In this document: positions 45,862 through 55,409 of the stretch, in pieces
How the letters are laid out: every line of letters starts with the position of its first letter
How positions within the stretch are numbered: the stretch's first letter is position 1
Translations under genes and position numbers: made by a program
Notes under the pieces: generated by a model
What the model saw: only the letters and a program-made list of their open reading frames with translations
Told to the model about the DNA's origin: nothing
Database searches by the model: none
IMG/VR virus record: IMGVR_UViG_3300012007_000007
Span: 163,434 to 222,157 of that record
From: a virus
Lineage: Duplodnaviria; Heunggongvirae; Uroviricota; Caudoviricetes
Reading direction: 5' to 3' (one strand)
Length of the DNA stretch: 58,724 bases

Positions 45862-48489
45862 TTAGTTCACCGTCCCGGTTAGAAGTGATGTGGACTGGGC
45901 AACACTGAGTTCTATCAGCTCGTTCGGTATGTTGAACTGCACGATTTCGTTGTCGTTACTGTACTCGGTGATGTTGCCCGTATCCTTATTTATCAAGGAA
46001 GCCGTGGCCTTTGCACCAAGAATCCGCCTAACGAGCTTGATGTAATCCATGGCGTAACGCATGTAATCGAACAGTACACTGCCATTCACTTCAGCCATGT
46101 CCGCCATATCCTCGGTGTCCTTGAATGTTAGGGATTCCTTTCCCATGTCCCAGCACTTGATTGTATCGAGCACAGCCCTGTAATACAAGGCATCTTGCCC
46201 GCTATTGTATGCTTCACCGAGCGTCTCGGTTACCGGATAGTAAATCTCCTGCATGACCCTATCCCATATAAACGCAACGAATCGGTCAATCAGTTTGTCG
46301 GTTATCCTCCCGGTTTCTACGGTAGGTGCAACATATACTTTGTAGTATTCCGATATCTTTGCCTGTATTTCGCCCTGGTCCCTCATGGAAAATACCGAAG
46401 TCTTTGAAGTACCGTTATACGTTCCTCTCAAGGTATATTTCATGCCGTCAAACGAGGTCGTCCCCATGTTGCAGAAGGTTGCGGTCGAATCACCCATCCA
46501 CGGATAATTGGCTACGTTAAGCTCTGTAAATGCACTGTCGGCCGGCTGGAAATACACGTCGACGCCGGCAACCTCCTTCATCCGGTGCACCAGGGAAGCT
46601 ATCTTGGAACGATAGATTGGTGTCCCAAACTCAGTATTTTCCTTCAGGAACTTGTACACGACAGTCTTTATCCTTTCGCGTATGTCAGTAAAGTTGTTTC
46701 CCTTGAACAGCACTACGTTCATCTTCATTTCCATAGCGTGCACCGACGGATAGACGTAGTTATGGAATCCGTCTCCCACGGTAAGCATGCCTCGGCGGTT
46801 CAATGCGACCATTATACTGTGCAGCTCGGACCCATCAACCACAAAATCAAGCGGAGTCATCATCGTCGAAAACACCGTATCGTCGAGCGTGATGGCGGGA
46901 ACGCTGCGCGATATCGCCTTCATGAGTATATCTACCATTCCGGATAATGTCTCGTCATCGACCGGTGCGGGGCAATTTGCATTTTTCAACACTTCCTCCA
47001 GTGCAGCCGGCAAGTCTTCCCGGATACCGGCGAGTATCTTTGCCCCGTCTTCCACGACACCTTCGTTTGGGTCCTGGAAATCATACAGCCAGTTATACAT
47101 CAGGCCGTTCACCTTGTATCCTTCCAGAAGGTACTCGTCTTCCCCGGTCGGATAGTACTTCCCGTCCTTCAGACGGTACAGGTCCTTCAGCGCGGTGAAC
47201 CTTACCTGGTTCATGTACTTCACGTTGATACCGCCGTTCCTGAGCTTCGTATTGAGCACGTCCTCGCCGAAAGCGGTCGCGTACTTCACATCGGCATACC
47301 TGCGGAGGAAAATCTTGTAGGCTTCCCGGGTAACCAGCCTGTCAAGCGAGTTGAAGATTCCCGAAGCATTATTCTTGATTGATTCCGCGGACTCTATGTC
47401 CAGGCCGCCCCTGATGTCCGACGTAAGACAGATGTTCAGGTCGTTCAGCGTTACGTCCGTCTCCTGCCCGTCCTTGGTGGTAATGGTGATGCCGCCACCC
47501 GCCGTCGACAGGGCAGTACCAAACACGCCGAGCATATTGCCCGCCTCTCCCCTGGTGGAAAAATAATTGACCTGTATGTTACCGAACGGGATTGCCGCCT
47601 TCAGCCCGTCACCGAACCTGAGCGCCACCGTACCGTCATTGGCGGTCTCTATGAGCACCGTGTAATTGTTGCTGTAGTTTCCCTGGGCAGTAGAATAGGT
47701 AAGCGTCTCGGCATTCTGGGGAGCGAGGCCCGGGTCCTCCAATCCCCTGCGCGAAATTCTCCAGTACAGCTTGTCGTCTATGACGACATCCGGGTCTATG
47801 TTGTCCATCAGCGTGGCATCCGACGTGACCGTGGTGAAGCAGGCCGGCCTGTGGGCAATGTTGCCGTCGTCAGAAAAGTTTGGGTCGCTGTCACCGAAAA
47901 AATCAGAAAATGACGTATCCGTAATGTAGAATACCTGGTTCTGCGTGCCGTTGGACACGAGCACTTCACTGCGTGCCTGCCCTTCGGCCAGGACGTTGAA
48001 CCCGCTGGTAAGTTCCATGAGGCCAGTCTGCGCGGTGTCCTGGTCATAATCGTAATCGAACTCCATGTCGGCCATCGAAGTCAGCGTGGCCCCGGACATG
48101 GTGAACACGGTGCCCTTCGGGATGAACACCTTCAGCGTGGCATGTTCCCTAATCTCGGCCACCCGGATACCTATGGAGCACTTTGCGGGCACGGGTCGCC
48201 GTACGCTGTAGCCCAGTGACCTGGCCCCGGCATATATCGGCGGCTTAGCGTAGGCAGTCTCCAGCCAGGAGTTCTCGAATGCGGATTCCACCCAGTTCGC
48301 CGTAAGGTCTCCATAACCGGCGAACAGTTCCAGCATCATCTTGCCGTAGGCGCTGTCACCCAGGTCGGCCATCGGGCCTTCCTTGGCCCTCACTATGTCC
48401 ATCAGGTGCGACCTGATTTCGTCGAAGGATATGTTCGTGTATTTTCTTGCGACAGCGGTAGAAGCAGCCATTGTAGGTATCCTCATCAA
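45862..48489 (-). CDS. Baseplate wedge protein, T4 gp6/baseplate-J-like (875 aa)
   Basis: NISFDEIRSHL, FGDG..AAIP, GGLDIESAESIK, RLVTREAY motifs. Confidence 0.88.
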   Translation of the reverse strand: MMRIPTMAASTAVARKYTNISFDEIRSHLMDIVRAKEGPMADLGDSAYGKMMLELFAGYGDLTANWVESAFENSWLETAYAKPPIYAGARSLGYSVRRPVPAKCSIGIRVAEIREHATLKVFIPKGTVFTMSGATLTSMADMEFDYDYDQDTAQTGLMELTSGFNVLAEGQARSEVLVSNGTQNQVFYITDTSFSDFFGDSDPNFSDDGNIAHRPACFTTVTSDATLMDNIDPDVVIDDKLYWRISRRGLEDPGLAPQNAETLTYSTAQGNYSNNYTVLIETANDGTVALRFGDGLKAAIPFGNIQVNYFSTRGEAGNMLGVFGTALSTAGGGITITTKDGQETDVTLNDLNICLTSDIRGGLDIESAESIKNNASGIFNSLDRLVTREAYKIFLRRYADVKYATAFGEDVLNTKLRNGGINVKYMNQVRFTALKDLYRLKDGKYYPTGEDEYLLEGYKVNGLMYNWLYDFQDPNEGVVEDGAKILAGIREDLPAALEEVLKNANCPAPVDDETLSGMVDILMKAISRSVPAITLDDTVFSTMMTPLDFVVDGSELHSIMVALNRRGMLTVGDGFHNYVYPSVHAMEMKMNVVLFKGNNFTDIRERIKTVVYKFLKENTEFGTPIYRSKIASLVHRMKEVAGVDVYFQPADSAFTELNVANYPWMGDSTATFCNMGTTSFDGMKYTLRGTYNGTSKTSVFSMRDQGEIQAKISEYYKVYVAPTVETGRITDKLIDRFVAFIWDRVMQEIYYPVTETLGEAYNSGQDALYYRAVLDTIKCWDMGKESLTFKDTEDMADMAEVNGSVLFDYMRYAMDYIKLVRRILGAKATASLINKDTGNITEYSNDNEIVQFNIPNELIELSVAQSTSLLTGTVN

Positions 48490-48495
48490 TTATCG

Positions 48496-48537
48496 GTAGT
48501 TTATATGCCCCGGACACCCCGTCCCTGTATAAACTAC
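48496..48537. promoter_or_regulatory. Back-to-back late-promoter-like motifs (TATAAACTAC on each strand)
   Basis: GTAGTTTATA 48496-48505 and TATAAACTAC 48528-48537 between divergent baseplate and neck genes; same motif upstream of many structural genes. Confidence 0.75.
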
Positions 48538-48554
48538 GGCAAGAGGTTGCTACC

Positions 48555-49571
48555 GTGCCATCACTTCCGCTAGACATACAGGGATTCGTCAGGGCGAGAC
48601 ACGTCCTGGTGCCGGAATTCAGCGTCCAGGCCAACGTGTCCAAGCCCCTGTGGGAGGACAAGGCGGCCGGATATGTCGACCGCACGCCGAAGTCGCACTA
48701 CAACCACCCCGACTTCGAGCAGAACACCAGGCTCGGATACGGCAGCTTCTACCGGAACGAGAACGCCTTCCATGCCCAGAAGAAGTACAAGGACACCACG
48801 TACGACTGGATTCGCAACCACGGGGACAGGTTCCTGTACTACACGACCACTTTCGACACGTCGGCCAACCCGCTCACCAAGGAAGACAACGCCCGTACAA
48901 TAGACAGGGTGTTTGACCTGAAGGCCAAGATTACCTTCACGCCGCAGAACGAGATTTACCGCAGGTTCGGTATCCAGTTCACCGACAAGACCGAGGTGTT
49001 CATCCACATGGGTCTGTTCCTCGACCGGAACTACCGGAGTCTCCGGGATGCTGGCATCGAACCGCTGTGCGACCCTGGCCTCCACGACCCGGAATGGTCG
49101 CAGCGAGGCTACTCCACCTTCGTATACCACGGGTACACGGCTGCCCAGATATTCCCGAAGGCCGGGGACTTCATGAAACTGGAGTACAACAACATACTGT
49201 ACCAGATTTCGTCGATAACCGACGATATCCCGGATTACGAGTACATGTGGCACAAGTACTGGTGGAAGGCGTACATCGAGGTCGCCACCGACAACGGACA
49301 GAATGTATCCCAGGAAGTCAAGGACGACCCGCTCCAGCAGCACTTCATCGACAACCTGTTCGGCTCGACCTCCCTCGGGAAGGCGACGGACGGGGATGCG
49401 ACCGCCACTCTCGCCGACAACACCGGGAACCCGCTCGCCCTCGACAAGGACACGGTGCTTTCGCTCAAGCAGGACGTCCTGTTCCGCCCGCCGGAGGTCG
49501 ACAAGTGCGTCAAGGACGTCACCGGGGACTCCAGCTACTACCCTTGCGGCGAACTGCTCGGCAAGTGGTAA
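48555..49571 (+). CDS. Neck/head-closure protein, T4 gp14-like
   Basis: YRRFGIQFTDKTEVFI and PKAGDFMKL..NILYQI motifs; GTG start. Confidence 0.75.
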   Translation: MPSLPLDIQGFVRARHVLVPEFSVQANVSKPLWEDKAAGYVDRTPKSHYNHPDFEQNTRLGYGSFYRNENAFHAQKKYKDTTYDWIRNHGDRFLYYTTTFDTSANPLTKEDNARTIDRVFDLKAKITFTPQNEIYRRFGIQFTDKTEVFIHMGLFLDRNYRSLRDAGIEPLCDPGLHDPEWSQRGYSTFVYHGYTAAQIFPKAGDFMKLEYNNILYQISSITDDIPDYEYMWHKYWWKAYIEVATDNGQNVSQEVKDDPLQQHFIDNLFGSTSLGKATDGDATATLADNTGNPLALDKDTVLSLKQDVLFRPPEVDKCVKDVTGDSSYYPCGELLGKW

Positions 49572-49605
49572 TCTTACAAAAAACTTACAATACTGCCGGG
49601 CCGCA

Positions 49606-49619
49606 TTTTGCTATATTTG
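49606..49619 (+). promoter_or_regulatory. TTTTGCTATATTTG motif, putative host-type (TAnnTTTG) promoter
   Basis: Recurs at 5538, 5894, 8521, 51075, 51589, 52677 and 54068, always just upstream of a gene or tRNA and in its orientation. Confidence 0.7.
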
Positions 49620-49623
49620 CGGC

Positions 49624-50283
49624 ATGAGCATCAAGACATACCTATCGATAGACACCGAGACCGGCGGTCTCGACTACAACAAGCACCCGCTGCTCCAGGT
49701 CGGCGTAGGCATATACGCGCTGGACGATTCCACCCTCCAGTACACAACAGTTACCGAGTGCGAGTGGAACCTCAAGCCGAGCCAGTTCCCGTGGGCGGCA
49801 GCCGACCCGGAGGCAATCGCGGTAAACAAGCTGGACCTCTACGAGCTCGAACGCAACGGGGTTACCCGGGAGGAGGCCTGCGATGTACTGTCCAAGCTGA
49901 TTGACTCCAGTTCTCCCGACATTGTCCTGGGCCAGAACCTCCCGTTCGACATGGGATTCCTCCGGAGGTACCTGGTACCGGAATGCTTCATGAAGCTGGA
50001 CAGCATCCGCCGCAAGGACCTGTTGGACACATCAGAGGCATACAATTTCCTTACCTGGAACAACCCGGACAAGTACCCGAGCCGGTCTCTCGGTACGATG
50101 TGCCCGAGGTTGGGTGTTGTAAACGACAGGGCACATGCGGCGCTGTCCGACGCCAGGGCGACATTCCTCTGTCTGGTCGCCATGTTCAAGAAGTTCAGGG
50201 AAGCCAATAAAGTGCTCCAGCACATACGCAACAGAGCGAGCGAGACGAAAGATATTCTCGATACGGCAATGAATCTGCTCTAG
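49624..50283 (+). CDS. DEDDh 3'-5' exonuclease (DnaQ-like)
   Basis: SIDTETGG, GQNLPFD, HAALSDA. Confidence 0.92.
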   Translation: MSIKTYLSIDTETGGLDYNKHPLLQVGVGIYALDDSTLQYTTVTECEWNLKPSQFPWAAADPEAIAVNKLDLYELERNGVTREEACDVLSKLIDSSSPDIVLGQNLPFDMGFLRRYLVPECFMKLDSIRRKDLLDTSEAYNFLTWNNPDKYPSRSLGTMCPRLGVVNDRAHAALSDARATFLCLVAMFKKFREANKVLQHIRNRASETKDILDTAMNLL

Positions 50284-51035
50284 CTCAGGTCCGTCATCAT
50301 GAACGTGCCGGGGGCTTCCTGCTTCATCAGGTCGAATAGCTTGTCCCACTTTGCCGTGGCGTCGGTGTAAATCAGCGTGCCGTTAATCTTTCCACCACCC
50401 GGTATGGCGTAGTCGTCACGCTTCAGAATGTCGCCCAGCTGCTGCTGTGCCCTGGCGACCGCCATGTCACGGAAGATGACATTGTTATACAGTTCGGACT
50501 TCTTCGCCTTGGTGTAGACCATGGCGATTGCGTTTCTGGGGGTCTTCGGGGTCGGGAACACCCTCAGGAGGTGGTCCACCGGGTGCAGCTTGATGTTGTA
50601 CTGGGTACCGACGAGTTTCTTCACGTCCTGCAGGTAGCGCATTGCCCCGGTCATGGTGACAAGGTCGAACTGTCCAAGCCCGCCCATGCCGGCACCTCCT
50701 ACGCCTATGAGGGATTCGCCGGGCCCGACGTCCCATGCCATCATCGGCGAGAACGTGTTTCCGTAGGACGGGGTCAGTTCGACCACGTTCATGACTTCCT
50801 CCGGTACATGGTACTCGATTACCCCCGGCTGAAGACGTATAAGCATGTAGTCCACGTACGCAGCCTCGTCAAAGCAGTAACGGTAGAAATAGTCGGCCGT
50901 GTCGTTGATGGCCATGTAGACGTGTCCCAGGCCATGGTGTTCCTCGACCACCATCTCTATCTCGTTCACCTGTCCGCCCATCCTGGATATGATGTAGCGG
51001 GCCATGTCGTCGGTCGTAATGAAATGTACGTTCAT
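50280..51035 (-). CDS. Neck/head-tail adaptor protein, T4 gp13-like
   Basis: ARYIISRMGGQVNEIE N-terminal motif; GGGKINGTLIY..A; GATAAACTAC upstream. Confidence 0.8.
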   Translation of the reverse strand: MNVHFITTDDMARYIISRMGGQVNEIEMVVEEHHGLGHVYMAINDTADYFYRYCFDEAAYVDYMLIRLQPGVIEYHVPEEVMNVVELTPSYGNTFSPMMAWDVGPGESLIGVGGAGMGGLGQFDLVTMTGAMRYLQDVKKLVGTQYNIKLHPVDHLLRVFPTPKTPRNAIAMVYTKAKKSELYNNVIFRDMAVARAQQQLGDILKRDDYAIPGGGKINGTLIYTDATAKWDKLFDLMKQEAPGTFMMTDLS

Positions 51036-51090
51036 AAGCTTCTCCGATATCCGTAGTTTATCTACCGAACAAAATTGCTATATTTGTGCC

Positions 51091-51588
51091 ATGAGCATTA
51101 TCGACCGCATCAGGGTCACGAACTGGACCTTCATCAGCAGCGTGCTAGCCGTCAACGCCAGGGAGCATGACATCCCGGCCACGGCTGTCGGCGAGATGCG
51201 GTGCGCATACCTTGCCCATCGGCTTTTCGATACACTCGGCGGTTCCGAGTCCATGGCCGAGGAATACGTGGCCAAAGTACTGAGACGGCAACCTCCCGGC
51301 GCACGCAGTGCAATATCCTCCGGCCTCTCGGCTTTCCTGGATAACCCGGTGGACCACGGGCTGCTGCACAAGTACGAGCTATCTGCCGAGGACCTGGTGT
51401 CCAACTGGACATTCGAGTGTCTGGACGACCCCACCATCATGGAAAAGTTCAATGTCGGGGCCAGCGTAGAATGCGAGCACCATACCAGATGGAAGAAGGA
51501 GAATACGTCGAACAATACTCACCAGAGTCAGGAAGCCAGCGCAGTTAAACCGCCCGTGAGCGAGGTGGATTCGCTCCTTTCCCTATAA
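51091..51588 (+). CDS. Hypothetical protein (165 aa)
   Basis: ATG 4 nt after a TTGCTATATTTG motif. Confidence 0.6.
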   Translation: MSIIDRIRVTNWTFISSVLAVNAREHDIPATAVGEMRCAYLAHRLFDTLGGSESMAEEYVAKVLRRQPPGARSAISSGLSAFLDNPVDHGLLHKYELSAEDLVSNWTFECLDDPTIMEKFNVGASVECEHHTRWKKENTSNNTHQSQEASAVKPPVSEVDSLLSL

Positions 51589-51617
51589 TTTGCTATATTT
51601 TGCACCGAGGTATTTCC

Positions 51618-52667
51618 ATGTTCGAATACATTCCGGATTCAAAATTAAAGGACGCCATCATCCAAGGTTATTCACTGTGCAAGAAAGAGCACAACTTCTC
51701 TGCATTTGCTGGATTCCTCGATGAGTTGAACCTCGACCCCGGACTGTCGATGCGGATTGTCCTCGACACATTGAAGCAATCGACTGCCCTCAACGAAGGC
51801 ATACAGACCGGCCTGAAGAAAATCCTTACGGACGCTGGTCTGGCAGACCGCAATACCGTTCATATCGTCGACGGAAATGAAGGAATCATGAACCTGGATT
51901 TTTCCGCTCCAAAGCCATACAAGAGCACCCTCATGTTGGCTAATGGCGAATACAGCGGCAAGATGGAATGCTACTCAATTCTAGGTAGAACCAACGGCTC
52001 CGCCAATGACGGGAATCCGTTAATATATGCCCTGAAACGAATCAAGAACTGGCGTCTGGCATCGGTTGATGATTTCCGGGTTCTTCTATCGTATTTCATT
52101 GATTCATGCAATTCATCCTACGGAAATGACATATTTGATGGTGTCGACTGCATGGTTCCCGTTCCGTCTTCGGCAAAAATCAATGACGCTATGGTCAGTT
52201 GCATCCACAAGTATGTCGATGCATCAATCATATCGCTAGACGGTATACAGAAACGGTCAGTAGAGTCGGTTTATGGCCAGATGGACTACGAATCCTTGGA
52301 GACCCTTGTCGGTTCCCTGCTGTATCCGAACATGAGGACTGATACCAATTTCTATGACGAGACGGTGAAAGAAGTATATTCCGTTCTACAGACATCCCGC
52401 AAGAGAAATGAGGATGCCAACAGGCAGAATGGAGTAAAGGGAAATCCGTTCGCAATAAAGTACGTTCCAGCCAAATACAGGAAGCTGTTTGATTCCTATG
52501 TAACCGGCGAATTTGAAGAGGGAACGTTTACGGGAAAAAACGTATTACTCATAGACGATTCGATATCCACGGGAAAATCCATTACCGGTATTGCCGAGGA
52601 ATTTATATTGCCACAAAAGCCGAAGGAGATACGTGCTTTGACCCTGCTATCTCCCCTAATTCGATAA
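51618..52667 (+). CDS. Type I phosphoribosyltransferase-fold (ComF-like) protein
   Basis: LIYALK, MVPVPSS and VLLIDDSISTGKS PRPP-binding loop. Confidence 0.82.
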   Translation: MFEYIPDSKLKDAIIQGYSLCKKEHNFSAFAGFLDELNLDPGLSMRIVLDTLKQSTALNEGIQTGLKKILTDAGLADRNTVHIVDGNEGIMNLDFSAPKPYKSTLMLANGEYSGKMECYSILGRTNGSANDGNPLIYALKRIKNWRLASVDDFRVLLSYFIDSCNSSYGNDIFDGVDCMVPVPSSAKINDAMVSCIHKYVDASIISLDGIQKRSVESVYGQMDYESLETLVGSLLYPNMRTDTNFYDETVKEVYSVLQTSRKRNEDANRQNGVKGNPFAIKYVPAKYRKLFDSYVTGEFEEGTFTGKNVLLIDDSISTGKSITGIAEEFILPQKPKEIRALTLLSPLIR

Positions 52668-52721
52668 ACCGTAGCATTTTTGCTATATTTGTAGCATCAC
52701 TATCAACTACAGGATACCATC

Positions 52722-53036
52722 ATGAACATGACATCTGAAGAAAATACCGCCCCCATCCACCCGGAAGAGGCCGAGGCCGCCAACTACAGCGTCCCGAAGA
52801 TGACCAAGGGAGCCCTGTGGCGCATGAAGCAGAAACTCGAGAAGATGCGCAACGACCCCGAACGCATGCGTCAGTTCCAGAACTGGCAGCGGACCCAACA
52901 GGAATACGAGCAGCTGCTCAATGCCGACCAGGAAACCCGCAGGAAAATCCTGTTCCATGGTCAGTGCATCCTGATGTCCAATTTCAACAATGCAGTTGCC
53001 AAGGGTAACTGGAAGCCTCGCCTGGTGTACGCCTAG
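52722..53036 (+). CDS. Hypothetical protein (104 aa)
   Basis: ORF behind a TTTTTGCTATATTTG motif and AGGA RBS-like sequence. Confidence 0.6.
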   Translation: MNMTSEENTAPIHPEEAEAANYSVPKMTKGALWRMKQKLEKMRNDPERMRQFQNWQRTQQEYEQLLNADQETRRKILFHGQCILMSNFNNAVAKGNWKPRLVYA

Positions 53037-53425
53037 GCCTTGCTCAGCATATATCCGACATTGGACTTGGGGTCCGGTTCTTCGACGAACACGAACCCCA
53101 TTTTCTTATAGAAGCCGAACGCATCCCTCATGGCCACCAGCTTCACGTCGTCGTATTCGTTAAGCACGTCCTCCATGACCCGTCTCCCATAGCCGAGCCC
53201 CCTATATCTCGGAGATACTTCCAGACACCATACCTTCGCATAAAGCGGATACGCGTCGGGGTCGACTATCGCGACAGCAATTACCTTGCCGTCCTCGACA
53301 TACGCGTGCATCGGCATTCCGGTAAAGTCATTCTTCGCCATCATGGCCTGCACCAGCTGCAGGTCCTCCCAACCGGGAATCTCCCGTACGTTCCCGGGAG
53401 CAGTCATTTTCTCTAGTGTCGCCAT
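53033..53425 (-). CDS. GNAT-family acetyltransferase
   Basis: LEVSPRYRGLGYGRR motif A; AFGFYKKMGF motif B. Confidence 0.9.
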   Translation of the reverse strand: MATLEKMTAPGNVREIPGWEDLQLVQAMMAKNDFTGMPMHAYVEDGKVIAVAIVDPDAYPLYAKVWCLEVSPRYRGLGYGRRVMEDVLNEYDDVKLVAMRDAFGFYKKMGFVFVEEPDPKSNVGYMLSKA

Positions 53426-54003
53426 CCGAAGTGTGAAGGGAACGAATCAACGGTCCCGGTGAGTTTATCATCCAGCCTGAAGTCCGACCATTCCGCTATC
53501 CTGTTTGAATTCACCGGCTTTCCCCCGGGAGGTATCGCGACGGTCACGTGCGGAATGGGATTCTTCGACCTGAAGTCCCCGGAGAGCCCGACAGCCATCG
53601 CATCACCCGACAGCCCGACCGACACGGCATCCATCGAGGCGCTCTTCCCGAGATTCCTCGCAATGTACTCGAACACTTCCCGGTTGTCCGCCGGGTCGCC
53701 GAACGAAAGCGTGCAGTGGTGGCACAGGACGGTCCACCCGGAGGGAATCATCTCAATGAGGGAATCGATGAGCAGGTTCTTCGACCGTTCGTCCAGGAAT
53801 ATCCCGAAATACACCGGCTTCTTCCCGTCGCCGAGGTCCATCATGTGCTGCATGTTGTAGCCTACGTTCCAAGCCTCAGCATGTTCCTTGGTCCACTCAA
53901 CCATCCTGCGCTCGCCAAGGTCGGTTCCTGCCTTCTCGGAAGCTATGTACTTATCGCGGAGCATCTCCTCTGCCTGCGCCTCAGCTCTCTTCTTCAAGTC
54001 CAT
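53413..54003 (-). CDS. 2H phosphoesterase with small N-terminal helical domain
   Basis: Two HxT motifs: HHCTLSF and PHVTVA. Confidence 0.8.
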   Translation of the reverse strand: MDLKKRAEAQAEEMLRDKYIASEKAGTDLGERRMVEWTKEHAEAWNVGYNMQHMMDLGDGKKPVYFGIFLDERSKNLLIDSLIEMIPSGWTVLCHHCTLSFGDPADNREVFEYIARNLGKSASMDAVSVGLSGDAMAVGLSGDFRSKNPIPHVTVAIPPGGKPVNSNRIAEWSDFRLDDKLTGTVDSFPSHFGWRH

Positions 54004-54086
54004 GGTGAACCTCCGGTAGAAGTTTAGTCGAAAAAAGGAATCCGGGCACCCGGACTCCCAATTCAAGAATATAGCAAAATCCGTAG

Positions 54087-54629
54087 CTAGCTTACGAACC
54101 TGGCCCACTTGTATATGATTGTCGTGATTTTCTCGTCGAAATCGGCAAAAATGTTCTTCACGCCCTCGCTGAACTTCGGGTTCTTCCCGATTGCCTCCTG
54201 CATCCTGGCCTGGAGGTCCTTCAGGTGCTTCAGGACGGCGGCATCCTCGGTATCGGTGCTAGGGAGTGCAGGTGCCTTCTTGACGTCTATTGACCTGTCG
54301 ACAATGGCGATATACGCCTCGGCGAGCTTGTCCCCCGTGGAACGGCACAACTCGTAAGCCTCGTCAAGAAGCTCGTGCTTCACGTTGCGGTCGACATTCC
54401 AGTGAATGACGTTGAGGGCGTTACCCTCAACCAGCAGGTACATCGCCATGTCTTTCAGCGTATCGTACGCGTTTCCCTTGCCGTCGGCTGCCTCGAACAT
54501 GGCGCGGAACCGGCCGTCGGCATTCGCGCTCGCCGCGACACTCTCGCAGATGGACATAATCATGTCGGCCTGTTCCTCGTCCTGAACGACACCCATGATT
54601 CCTTCACGCAGAACATTCTTCAGGGACAT
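54087..54629 (-). CDS. Ferritin/Dps-like four-helix protein (DUF5856-like)
   Basis: IHWNV...HELLDEAY...DKLAEAY pattern; TATAAACTAC at 54660-54669. Confidence 0.75.
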   Translation of the reverse strand: MSLKNVLREGIMGVVQDEEQADMIMSICESVAASANADGRFRAMFEAADGKGNAYDTLKDMAMYLLVEGNALNVIHWNVDRNVKHELLDEAYELCRSTGDKLAEAYIAIVDRSIDVKKAPALPSTDTEDAAVLKHLKDLQARMQEAIGKNPKFSEGVKNIFADFDEKITTIIYKWARFVS

Positions 54630-54719
54630 CTTCCCACGCTCCTCTAATTGAGTATACCGGTAGTTTATATGCGTGGCAGGTTGCGTGCCGCCACGTGTCC
54701 CGCAACCGCCCGAATTTTG

Positions 54720-55388
54720 CTAACCTATTGTCTTCTTGGTCCTGCGGCGAATCTGCCTGGGGGCTTTTTTCGGTTCAGGCTTTGCTTCGGCGGTGGAAAT
54801 GACCGGGGTTGCCTGGTATGGCATGCCGGTGACCGGCTCGCTTGCCTTGGCCTCAATCGCCATCTCGCCTTCCGCGGTGGAAACCCCGTTCACCGGGGTC
54901 GCTTCGGTGGATTCGGCCTTCGGGACGAAGTACATCGGCCCTTCCTTGGCCAGTTCAGCCTCGAGCTTCTTCAGGAACACCTTGTACTGCGCCTTCAGCT
55001 TCTCAATTATGTCCTTGTTCACCTCGACCTTGGTATCGCCATTTTTCTGTGCAACGACGGCGATTGCCTGTTTCTGGATGCGCTCGGCGGCACTCATGGA
55101 AGGTGCCGGGGCGGCAGCCGGCGGAGGGGGAGGTACCGCTGCCGTAGATACACTGGCCTGCCTGGCTATGCTGGCCTGCCTTGCAATGCGCTGGGCAGCA
55201 CTCACCGATGCGGGAGCCGCCTTTGGCGCAGGTGGAGCAGCCTTCGTCACAGTAGCCTGCTTGGCCATTCTCTGAGCAGCGCTCACCGTCGCTGACTTCG
55301 TTACACTCTTCATCGGGGCCTGATGGGAGGCCACCGCTGCCCTGGCCTGCATGGCCATCCTTTCTGCTATTGTCATGCCCATAGTCAT
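54720..55388 (-). CDS. Ala/Pro/Lys-rich low-complexity protein (222 aa)
   Basis: Repeats TIAERMAMQA, SAAQRMAKQA, SAAQRIARQA, SAAERIQKQA. Confidence 0.65.
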   Translation of the reverse strand: MTMGMTIAERMAMQARAAVASHQAPMKSVTKSATVSAAQRMAKQATVTKAAPPAPKAAPASVSAAQRIARQASIARQASVSTAAVPPPPPAAAPAPSMSAAERIQKQAIAVVAQKNGDTKVEVNKDIIEKLKAQYKVFLKKLEAELAKEGPMYFVPKAESTEATPVNGVSTAEGEMAIEAKASEPVTGMPYQATPVISTAEAKPEPKKAPRQIRRRTKKTIG

Positions 55389-55409
55389 GCTCTGCCTCAT
55401 AAAATGTAT

